A stretch of 63,693 nucleotides of DNA, filler included, from Phoronis australis (Eukaryota > Animalia > Phoronida), in assembly GCA_002633005.1 (NCBI GenBank). It is 11 parts of 11 records of this genome, joined end to end, with 100 filler letters (N's around TTAATTAATTAA, not from the genome) between each part and the next. Parts side by side here need not be neighbours in the genome. Positions count along the whole stretch, not along the records: positions 39,488 to 57,545 come from NMRA01000907.1; positions 57,646 to 61,813 come from NMRA01002679.1; 9 more parts are not named here. One strand, 5' to 3'. The position numbers and the translations under genes were made by a program. Position 1 is the stretch's first letter; each line of letters begins with the position of its first letter. The notes under the pieces were generated by a model that was given only the letters and a program-made list of their open reading frames with translations, was not told the origin of the DNA and did not search any database. Shown one piece after another: positions 50,351-61,005 of this stretch.

Positions 50351-52390
50351 CTGAAATAAAAATACGATTTAATTTTTTTAGAAGCCATATAGGGCCAGAA
50401 CGTAAAAGTTGCTCATCATTTAAAATTTACAGCTAAGAAAAAATGTGCCATTCTCGGACGAAAACGACATTGAAGAAAAACGTGCACATTTGATGGCATT
50501 GCAAAAAGAAGAAAATTCAAGGTCGCATGTTAAGAACCTATGCTAACTAAATTGCCGAGGGCGAAATTTGATCTAGATATTTTCACTTGTACATCAAGAA
50601 AACATTTTTTCCTGTAAGCACATGACCATCTACTGTACAATGGAGGGCAGACAATGCAGACGCACAAGGGAAACGCAGAATGTTTATAGGCGCCCACCGT
50701 GCACAACCAACTATATGTTTCTTGGAGTGTTATCATGTATGGACTGCTTGTAGCACAAAGAGACAAAAATTGGACCAAGCAGGATAGCTGCGAAAGCCAA
50801 TATTGACAAAGACCTCATAACGTGAAATTATCGTGATAGAATTTCAGGGTTTGCAGGGACTATAAACTTGACACGCCTTTATCAACGATTTCAATAGTTC
50901 GTTACACATTCGACTGAGGGGGCAATAAACATGATACGTACGCCTGGTCTGGCAATGGAACTACTTTTAAGTGAACGATGAGATGCCTTGAACGTCAACA
51001 CCACATCCATGCAGTATGTGAAACCTCTTTCGGTGGCATTATGTTTCTACAGTACAGCACTTTTTTAATTAAGTCTCTTTAGTTAAACTAATGTATACAG
51101 AATTAGAAGTTCAGGAAAACCACAATCGAGTCGCTGCCGTTGATAACGTTGAATCGCTGCAATATACTTTTGCTACAATTCGTTTTTAGCGAACACTGTT
51201 ACAGAACTTGTAACACATGCGTGTTTGTGGATGGTATAACCACCAAATATCTCTGTCTCAGTCGAACAGCCGTTCAGCATTGATCGTAATTAGATAGCCT
51301 TAAAAAGTTCACGATAATTCTCGTGGAAAATAGATGGAATTTTGAAGCAAAAACTTTCGGTAATTTTTCAACAATTTTAGTGTCATTTTCGTCCAACCTC
51401 CTTCCAAATTTAAGCCAGGACTGCCGTCAAAATCGTTAACTCTTAAAATTATTGTGTCGATTTTCATCGGGATTTTCGCTTTACGACAAAAATGTATCTG
51501 CTTGAACACGGTCACCCGTCGATCTAATTTTGAAACGGCAAAAAACGACGAAACTTTACAGTTCACACAAGTGCTCACGACACCCACGAGAACGGACTAC
51601 ATGTACTTAGAATACTGTGGCACAGCGCAATCTAGCGGATTCCTAAAGTCGAGAAATTTGTTACTCGGGTTTATTGATATTCCACTCTAACTTTTGTATA
51701 TTTACCTTGAAATTATAAGTGTAAATTAAATTTTAACGGATATAAAATTCAAAACAAATGAAATCGCTTTTTCCTTAAAGAACAATCACAAAGTTTGACA
51801 AGTATAGAGATAGACAGTAAACACAATTGACTAGTTAGAATCTGCGAAAAACTGGTAGCTGCCATTAATTCCAAATTTCCTGTTAGAGCCGCCACTAGGA
51901 ATTTTTGTGGTAGTGAAATCCGCTTGAAATATATTCCTCCTAGCACCTTAGGGCCACACACCTCTGTGTGATTGAAACGTGTCAATCGCTTTTCTAGATA
52001 TCCAGAAAGGTTGGCCAAAAAAGTACTAAAAAGACCACAAAAACAAAATGGCCATGAAGGAGTGTTACTGAGGATGAATTTTCTTAAAAATCGACTTGTT
52101 TCGGAGCATTTCCATCACTCATCCTAATTAAGGAAATGCTCTTCCCCCAAAGGTTCTGAAAAAGCCAGTTATTGAGACCAAAACGACACTAGGGGAAGCT
52201 TCAGAGACTTGATTCTGCCTGAAAATGGACTTGTGCAGGCACGTTCTTGTCACACACAACTCAGTCAAGTTCCCTATATAATGGAAATGTCACCCCCACC
52301 ATAAACACTAAGAAGCCCAACCCTCCAGCGCTGAGAGGTCTCAAAGTTCCCAGGAGCAGAGAGAAGGCGCTGTTTCGCCGCCTGATGACA

Positions 52391-52675
52391 CATAACGGTG
52401 TTCTCCCGTTGAGTTCAACTCGTTAGGTTTTGTAGCAACAAGTAGCCAATATCTTACACGTCCACTCTGACATTCATGGTTCGAGTGTCAGCTCTACTTT
52501 GTTCGATTATGGCTCTAATCTCTGATCAGATCATATCTAGCCTGACTACTCTGTGCTGTTAAAAATAAAAGTCTAGTTATATAATATTTGAGCATAAACC
52601 AATAACATTTCTGAATTCCTCGTCAATTGGTGATCATGTTTAGGTTTTGAATCACCAAAATCGCCCAACTACAAC
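52391..52675 (-). mobile_element. Fourth, truncated copy of the ~520-bp CATGACAGCG element
   Basis: ATATCTTACACG..TATCTAGCCTGACT..CATAAACCAATA..GGTGATCATGTTTAG is colinear with 12540-12765. Confidence 0.75.
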
Positions 52676-53189
52676 TTACCTTATTCGGTAAACAGTAAGA
52701 AAAAATAAAAAGAAAACATAACTTGACCATCAATCAGCTGGCTTTACCTAACCATGCGTTTATCATATCATCAAGAATCCTTAACCTGTTTAAAAGATAA
52801 AGAGATCTAAGGAAATTACATTTATTCAATTCTGTTTTGATTAAAAACCTTCAATCTACGCGTAACAAACGTTGAGTTTGAATATTTATCATCTTGATTA
52901 TTGCTGATACGAATTTTCACGTTGTTTTGCGTTGCATAGTATTAACTGCATCTTGGATACCTGGTTGAAAGCCCGTCTGTCATTCCGTACTCGTGCTCCT
53001 TTTTGTGTCTAACCTGTCCCATTTTGTATCATTACTTGGCTTGTTCTATTTTACCCATCAGTCAGTTTCATGTTTTCTTATTTTCAATATCACTTTTCGT
53101 ATCTTGTTACTTGTTATACCTGAAGATGCGCTGCATAGTGTTACATGTACACATATTGTCCTGAGTCGTTACACAATATCCGTTTAGGT

Positions 53190-53900
53190 AAATGGGGTTG
53201 CGAATGACCTGGTATTGGATGACTACTTTCTTAACAACCTACGGGGTTTATGTTTTGTGCCCAGTGAATTTCAGCTTTGACCTCTACTTCGTATTGCCAA
53301 GATTTGATATTCTGTGCTGTGTTGAATCGAATGCTGGTCCCTTGCCAACCAATGGTGAATTCAATATCTGTTTCATTAACAGTGAGAATGGCAATAACTG
53401 CACGATTTGATATCTTGAATCTTTTTTTACGTTGTAATAATCATAAAGCTGTCTCCCTTTGTGAGGCAGGATACTTGTTGCCTGAACAAATCAAATCTGG
53501 TTGTGTGATTCCCGAGTCTGTTGCTTATCACACAAATGAATCCCGCGGTCTCCTTGTTTATATGTACAATTCTATTGGATTTAAAATAACATATGGCAAA
53601 AACCAATCATAAATTATGCAATTGCTGGGTGTAACTTATAGTTAATCACAGACCCTTCTTGAATGGCATTTTCTGTAGCTCACCATCTGATGAAAGGAAA
53701 CGGTATATGACTCATTTATCACAGTATTTGTCTGATATTTTGCATATTTATTATGTTCCCATCTAGATAAATGGTGACTTTAACGCCCGTGACTCATTTA
53801 GGCTCAATGGGGACCTTGACAATCAAGCGGGAATTGGGCTTTTGAGGTTTTATTATCTCATGAACTAATTTAGCTAGTTGACCAATCTACCAGCATGACT
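53190..53900 (+). pseudogene. CR1/L2-type LINE ORF2 remnant: decayed 2A-like motif and AP endonuclease
   Basis: ILCCVESNAGP (~53310-53341), FNICFIN, AVSLCEA, RGLLVY, NGDFNAR (~53771-53791) and LVDQST occur in the expected APE order. Confidence 0.65.
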
Positions 53901-54855
53901 GCTTTTCGTAAGTCTTCTAGTGATTCCACTTCTATTCTTTACATGAAGATGAGCCGCCTATTCGTATTCGGACCACTATGCCATCCATACTACATGTAGT
54001 TTGAGTGATACCGCTCCTCGGTACCGATTAGTCCAAGTCGTGCTGAACTTGGAAAATTCTCATAATTTAGAGGATTTGTTTACTTCAACGGTATTTAATG
54101 TAGCATGCTTTATGAAGCAAAAGTTGTAAATCAACAAAAAACCTTGATTTAACAGTAATAAAAACACGATTTAAAAAGAAGCGTCCACGTTACAGAGAGT
54201 TAAAATGTCAAATAGCAGAGTCTTATATCAAAGATATCAATCCAATCTGTTTTAATCGAAAATTTTATTGAATGTATACTACATGCATGTGTTTAGGATG
54301 AGAAATGATTCGAAATTCAAACCAATAAGTTCCAGGTCTCGAAGTCTATCGAATGGCTAAAACGTGTCGCTATTATCATGGCCTCTTTTTGGACACCGTA
54401 CCTGCATCAAAATACGGTTGCATGTCTTTTCAGGCACGACCATCGATTAATGAACGTAGGCCTATAGAGATTTAATCCATGTCAATGAAATTACATTTAC
54501 ATCGGAATTTTTTTTTTCTCGAGCACACAAACAGAACATTATGGCAGTGTCTCAGCTATCTAACATTTTTCGACTGTTTGATTGTGGCTTACAGGACCAA
54601 TTTTTTAGTGTACTGGAAAATTGGTACACTTTATGAAGACGACACAACCGTGTTTGGACAAAGTCGACGTTTTCCATTTATATCTGACTACATGTATGTC
54701 CCCGCAACTTCAAAGTCAAATTTGGATAAACGCAGCATTTCCCGGTAGTTACCATATAACGCAACGTTTTGTGATCAATCACAGCTAATACACGTGCGTA
54801 ACTACTTGTATATTTAGACCAATTACAACACATCTAGGTGAATCAAAAGCATCAC

Positions 54856-54999
54856 CGTTGCGTGGCCTTTTGTAACCGGTATATCGGACCCAGGACGCAA
54901 CAATCATATTCATTACCAAGAAAACAAGCGCGCTCGATCGTTTCAAATCTTGGACCGTGAACATGTCGTATCCATGAAATGCACCAATGTGCACGTCCA
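54856..54999 (-). CDS. Candidate signal-anchor exon of the fucosyltransferase
   Basis: Acceptor TTTTGTTTTTAG; ATG at 54964 gives MFTVQDLKRSSALVFLVMNMIVASWVRY..; a weak phase-1 donor G|GTGAT is compatible with the phase of the catalytic exon. Confidence 0.3.
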
Positions 55000-57645
55000 C
55001 TAAAAACAAAAACATAACACCTTCCCGCCACCTCATAACAGTTGAAAAAACCGGGACAACAGGTACTCTAGGATTGTTGTTCAGTCGCAGTCTATCCAAT
55101 ACAACACACTGTTGGTGTGTTCACGAAAAACACCCTTCCGGTAAGATTGCAACTCCACGAGTTCAATGATATGAAGTCGGATTATAGCTCTAAGTAGACC
55201 TACATGTACGTGGATAGATCGGTGGTCTTACCTAAAACGATTAAAAGCTGTACTTCGATGTAGGTACGGTGTCCAGAAAAAGATACCTTGATAAAAATGA
55301 CAAGTTTTAGCCAGTCGATAGTTGTGAAAACCTGTAACTTATTGGTTTGAGTTTTGAGTTGTGTCCCAGTCAAAACATTTGGTTTAGTTGCCCGTGCGTT
55401 CCCGGAGTCATCTTTGAAAATTTTTGAGTTTCATTTGTGGGTAAAGGTTCTTGGCAACGACAGGGCAGGCAGGGCTCGACATAATAAGCTACGGGTAGCA
55501 TTTGCGACCAGAAATTTGGAAATGCGAGATGAAATTTTTGCCAGCTCGTATCAAGTCGCAAAATGCGACCTGGAATGTCCAACGTACATGTATGCGAGCT
55601 GAGGCTTTATTCTTCTCGACATCACATATAAAGCAACTAGTGTGAATCCGATCGTTATTTGGTTGTTGCCAAATCAAGTTGAAAATAACACTAACCGAGA
55701 ACAGCTCTCACAATGACTTGTTAGCATGTCACGTGAAAATGATCCCCAAACAGCCCACTTTTTTATTATGGAAACCAACATCTTTTTTATACCCAAAACA
55801 CTGTGGATGTACATGTACTACTGCAGAATTAGTTTAGTTAATGTTGAAGCAACAATGTACTAGTAAGTAATACTCAATATACAGCTTTTACGCCCTTTAG
55901 AGTTTACAGTGTACGTTATGTTACCAGGCAACAAAATATCCAAATTAGTTTTTTAAAGTAAGCTATACAAACTGAATTTCTGGAAATATCACATTAATTT
56001 CGAAGATTGCATTAGTTTATGCAGTTTTATATTTTTTCTCCCATAACCCGCCAGCTTCACTCTATTACCATGAACAATCGTCCGATTAGATTCCTCAATT
56101 TTTAGTCATAAATCAACACCTGTGTCAAACTTACTTCCAACGTTCCAGTGTATTCCCGGTTGGTTTACTTCACTTCGTATGATGACGTATATCGTGACTG
56201 TTACGACGGAGGCCAATAATGTAAGAAGCATAAACTTTGCGCCTTCAAGCATGTTTGTCATTTGTTGACTCAATATTTACAAGATACAGCCGGTGCTCTT
56301 TACTCAAAGTTGGAGACGCAAACTCAACGGATGTACCTGAAAAGAATTAATGTTTGTAGATTTTGTTGTGAATTCCAGACTGGGTGTGTATATCATGAAA
56401 TCTTCTCACTTCAGTCTTCAAGGTGTAGACCCCAATGCCCAGGTTCTAATTTTCGAATTAATCATCAACAGTTGAGAGAAGTACAGAGAACATGTATCTT
56501 TTCAACTCTCAATATGGCCGGCATTCATTCTGTAAAACACGTGTAAATCCCCCGTTCTGATCAGGAAGCCAACGTCTTCTTTCGATCACGTTATCAATTC
56601 GCATTTTTTCTCGGATGACAAGTGATTTTCGGTTAAGCAAAGAAGTGGTGTAGTTTGCTAGCCACCGATATGAGCCAATTTGTAGAGCCTGATATTAAGC
56701 AATGACGTAACGTTAGTTCATTCGAAGACTGGAAACAATCTCCAAGTAACACTCAGAAATAAAAGTGCCGTATTTCAAAGAGGTAAGTAAATGAAGATAA
56801 TGTTTAAAATAGTGTTCCAGATTCTAAATTCCTTGGGAAATTGAGCGAAATAAGAACAGACGGACCCAAAGAGACATGTGGACATCTTGAGAGTGTGTAT
56901 CATGATGACCATGTATTAGTCGGTGGGCCAGATCTCATAGCGTTCATCCTTGTGAGTACTTTGGGGGGGCAACCTAGTTTTTTCTATGTGGCTAGATAAT
57001 ATACCTATAAATCAAATTCCAAAAAGTTCCCACGTCTACACTTGCACATTTTTTTTAAAAAAGGTGTTTTTGTTGAACAAGATATGGTGCACATTCCTGC
57101 CACTTGATGGCGCTTTTCTTTTGAATTGACCAATCAGAGAGCCAGATTGTATTGTTGTGCTCAGTTTCTTCAATATGGCTGCTCCCATGGAGTGTGATGC
57201 CTGTATAATTCAAGGCTTATCAAACAGCACAAAATTGTGATGTCAGAGCCTAAAGAAGCTTAGGAAAGCTTCCTGAAGAAATCTGATCGACTGTGGAACT
57301 CTGTAGATCAGTAGATCAAAAAGCAGAAGAGGTGTCACAAACGTTTGTGCAGAAAACAGCTGCATGTCCTGGTAGCCCACACAGTATACTGCTGAGTGCT
57401 GTAGACTAGAAGACCAAGTGTTAGACCAGAAAATTGAAAGGACATAGAACGGCATGGCAACGTTTCAAGGCACCAACAGTAGTACTAAAGCTGAAGTTGC
57501 TGAAAGTGATACAGATGTTATCCAAGATTTCCCAAGAAAATCAATNNNNNNNNNNNNNNNNNNNNNNNNNNNNNNNNNNNNNNNNNNNNTTAATTAATTA
57601 ANNNNNNNNNNNNNNNNNNNNNNNNNNNNNNNNNNNNNNNNNNNN

Positions 57646-57845
57646 GGATCCGTCCGAAAGTTCGCTCATGCAGTCCCATCTATGAAAGGCCCGGAACACG
57701 TGCAAAATTTCATGAACATACGTCAATCAGTTTTGGAGATAGAGCAGCGGACGCCGGACGCTGGACGGATGCCACCCGGACGGACGGACGGACGCAGATG
57801 ACGGCATAATGCGTCCACATATAAATATGTGGGCGCATAAAAAAA
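57646..57845 (+). mobile_element. DINE-1/Helentron-associated (HINE-like) element 3' end
   Basis: GACG microsatellite, then stem-loop ATGCGTCCACATAT-AA-ATATGTGGGCGCAT (57809-57838), then an A-run. A similar GACA-tract end starts the contig at 28616. Confidence 0.65.
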
Positions 57846-57954
57846 TGGAAGTGATCTTTCGGGCAACTAGACTGTTTTAAAAACAACAATTAACTGATTC
57901 GCGCGCGAACGCTGTAAACCGTACAAGTATATCTCTTAGCAAGGTGTCAAAGTT

Positions 57955-58015
57955 GGAAGCGTGGTAGCGCAATGGAAGAGCACGCGACTATACGTTGGAG
58001 AGTTCGAATCCTTGC
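57955..58015 (+). other. tRNA-derived remnant / SINE head
   Basis: A-box-like TGGTAGCGCAATGG and B-box GTTCGAATCC; no complete cloverleaf. Confidence 0.5.
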
Positions 58016-59684
58016 AAATTAAAATTTTCCATTTTTAACTCACAATCGGACAAAAAATACGTAAAACAGGTGAAAGTCTAGAATCGAAGGCGCTATTATA
58101 ATGGCAATGAAAATTTTCAGAGCGGCGACATGGGATTCTGGCCGCGCTATTCACATATAGCGACCTGGCTACAGTAGAGCCGTCGAGGGCCGCTTATACT
58201 TCAAAAATCAAGGAAAGGAGAGGCAAAAACTAAATTTCCCCGACCTCCCCCCCATTCAGCGTTACGTGCTAGCTACTTTGCGTGATTGTGTATACGATAC
58301 AAAATGTTGCCTCCCTTATGATATCCTAGATGTGCCAGTCTCAACGCCACCAGCGTGTACCGATGTGAAATCGCATGTCGTCCACCAAGCACACCTGCCG
58401 TTTGTCGACCCACCCGAGTGAGCGTGTTGGCTACTACTCGAAACGGTCTATCATCGCAAAACGAGAAGAAATTGGTCGTGAGAAAAGTCTAGGTGCTGTG
58501 GTAAGTACCTATTGTAATCCCAACCGGCAAGAAGTTTTTTAGCTGCAAACTGGGAAGGGAGATGTAGCGCGTAACGACTTATACTGTAAGCCTAGTAGTA
58601 GGACAATGAGCCCGCTGTATCCAGTTTGGACCTGAACGACAGACCCCGCAAATAGTCACACTCGATAGTTGTTGACAGGTTTTGCCAATATTGTGAACAT
58701 TATTTGGGGAGCGACTGCTGACACAATTTCTGAAGCTGTGACGATTTTGACCTATAGACACAAAACATTGTGGGAAACCAGGCATGTTTTGAGACCTTGG
58801 TTCCTAAGATGTTGCAATGGGCGGAGACAAAGATAAGTTTCACGTTTGCGTTCGCCCTAAATTGAGTCTTTTGTCACGTCGAGAGAATCCACTGACGTGT
58901 TACATAATGTTCATGGAGGGATTTCAGAGGAACTAGACAAAAAGTCGCCAGTTTTGGTTTGCCGGTAGAGAAGATTTTTCTTTTCTGTGGTGGTGCAACA
59001 TTCGGTCATTTCTCAGAAAAACGAAGAATACAAAATAACGAAACAATATTGTGAACCAGGTATGAGCACACGCTTAAAATGTACTACTGAATATCGTTGT
59101 TGAAATTACACAAGGATCGATTGTTTTCCCAGATCGTAGCCTCCGCATTCGTCCTTTGCTTTCTTGACTGTATTTTTTGGTCATAGCATTCTATGAGCTA
59201 TTTCCCAGATTGAATGTCAAGTACGCACATTTCCAGATCGGCAGCGTTCGAAATACACGCTGGTCCTGGGCTCGTGGATTTGCGGCCCGGCGGCCAGTAA
59301 CTTTCACATATATAATAGGCCCTATCTGGATGTGGTCTCATATTCAAGTAAACGGGCCCGGGGGGTCAGCACAATTATTTGCTGAAGGTCGAAATCAAAG
59401 TCATAAAAATAGAATATTTTTGTTAAATATTGGGGTACATGTGGCAAAGTGGTCGACAAGATCGTTACATAATCTTTTTGTCTTCGCCTTTCAGTTATAT
59501 GCGATAAGCCCCTTACGACCAAAAACCGTTAATAAAGTATAGATATACGAAGTTGCATGAGGTTGCTAGCCCAATAGTAAATGATGAGGATAGTTATTGT
59601 CAATTCAATCAACGTCTAATTCATGCCTACTGCCTCGTGCTGAATTCTGTTTCCAACGAAAAGAACATTCAGTGAGTGAAACAA

Positions 59685-59690
59685 TTTATT
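59685..59690 (-). terminator. Candidate polyadenylation signal of ABHD13
   Basis: AATAAA on the minus strand ~375 bp after the stop, at the end of an AT-rich UTR-like tract. Confidence 0.4.
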
Positions 59691-60064
59691 CAAACAATGA
59701 CAAATGATTGTGAGCAGTGCACTAGTTCAAATGAGATATGTTTTAAGATAGCTATCACTCATTTGAAACTGAACATAGACAAACGAATGTGTTATCATGT
59801 CCATAACATTCAACAGGCTGTGACAATTCATTGTACTGTAAAAGATTTTTTCGAGATATTGCTACTAAGCATGGTCTGTAAATGTGCAAAAGAAATTTTT
59901 AAAATACCAAAAAAATGCAAACCTTATACAACAACAGGCATGGAATACATCAAAACGTGTTTACTCAATAACAATGACAAGGCACGTAATGGTGAGTTTT
60001 CTCTTCTTCAATAGCTGTATATCTAATATTATAGTCACTTCCTTCACCATCCTTCACATTTATT

Positions 60065-60130
60065 TCACATTTGGTCCAAGATAACATCTGCAGCACCATT
60101 TGTCTTCTCTCTTTGAGACTGCACTATAGT
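60065..60130 (-). CDS. ABHD13: Probable terminal coding exon of ABHD13
   Basis: Acceptor TTGTTGCAG; phase-0 frame TIVQSQREKTNGAADVILDQM*; length fits the short ABHD13 tail. Confidence 0.5.
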   Translation of the reverse strand, partial: TIVQSQREKTNGAADVILDQM

Positions 60131-60897
60131 CTGCAACAATTAAACAACACAAAATGAATCCACACTGTAAAAAAAAAACAACTCTTTAGTCGAAGGTCAA
60201 AAAAGCATCATTGGTTCTGGCCTGTATTCTTTGAAAATAGAGTTGGTCACAGTGTTGCTCACTTTTTTGAAAGAAGCAAATCTACCAGGAAACAGAAAAT
60301 GATGTACCACTTGGCAAATCACAGCATTTCAAACCTTGCTTACTCTTACATGTCCTTGTGCACCAGACCTTGGCTGACATTAATGCAGGCATTAATCGGT
60401 AAACACAGGTATCAAAATGAGTCAGGTTACAGACCATAACCAACTATGCATTTTTGGCTTAATCATTAATTTACCTAAACATCATTCAAGAATGAATGGA
60501 CTCACCAGAGACAGCCCAAGAGTTATTATCTCTGCGGCGAAGGATGTTAAAGTTGTGTCTCCGAGGAGTTGCCAGCACTGAGCAGTCACTGGTACGGTGC
60601 GCCACTTTAGACGCTCTGCGGTTGGGTTTAAGATCTTTTATAGGCCTAACTATCCCCAATTCCCGTACCAGGATGAATTTCAAAAATATCTTGACTTGTT
60701 TGCGTCAGATGTGATGTGCAACGTCTATGTTGAAAGTGTGCCATATTTTTTTAACATCGGGGATGACAAGTAGCTGATTGTAAACATAGATACATTTTAT
60801 TATTACTCAAAACATCACCAGGGGAAGTTACAGACTGGTAAGGCACTGACGTTATAACAACACCAAAACAGTAGAATACTAGAATGTTGTTTGTTAC

Positions 60898-61005
60898 CTG
60901 TGAGATGAACTGAGCAATGGTCTCGTAGTAGCCAGGACATTGCCAGGTTTCATTGTGTGTTCCTGCTTCAAATCGAGCCAACTTTTTATTCACACTACTA
61001 GACTT
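60898..61005 (-). CDS. ABHD13: Alpha/beta hydrolase ABHD13, exon containing the catalytic His
   Basis: 108-nt exon between TGTTGCAG and GTAAC: KSSSVNKKLARFEAGTHNETWQCPGYYETIAQFISQ, matching ABHD13 K.LA.F..GTHNDTWQC.GY. Confidence 0.88.

Noticed and set aside
57955-58015. Functional tRNA gene
   Set aside because: A and B boxes are present but there is no acceptor stem or proper anticodon arm.
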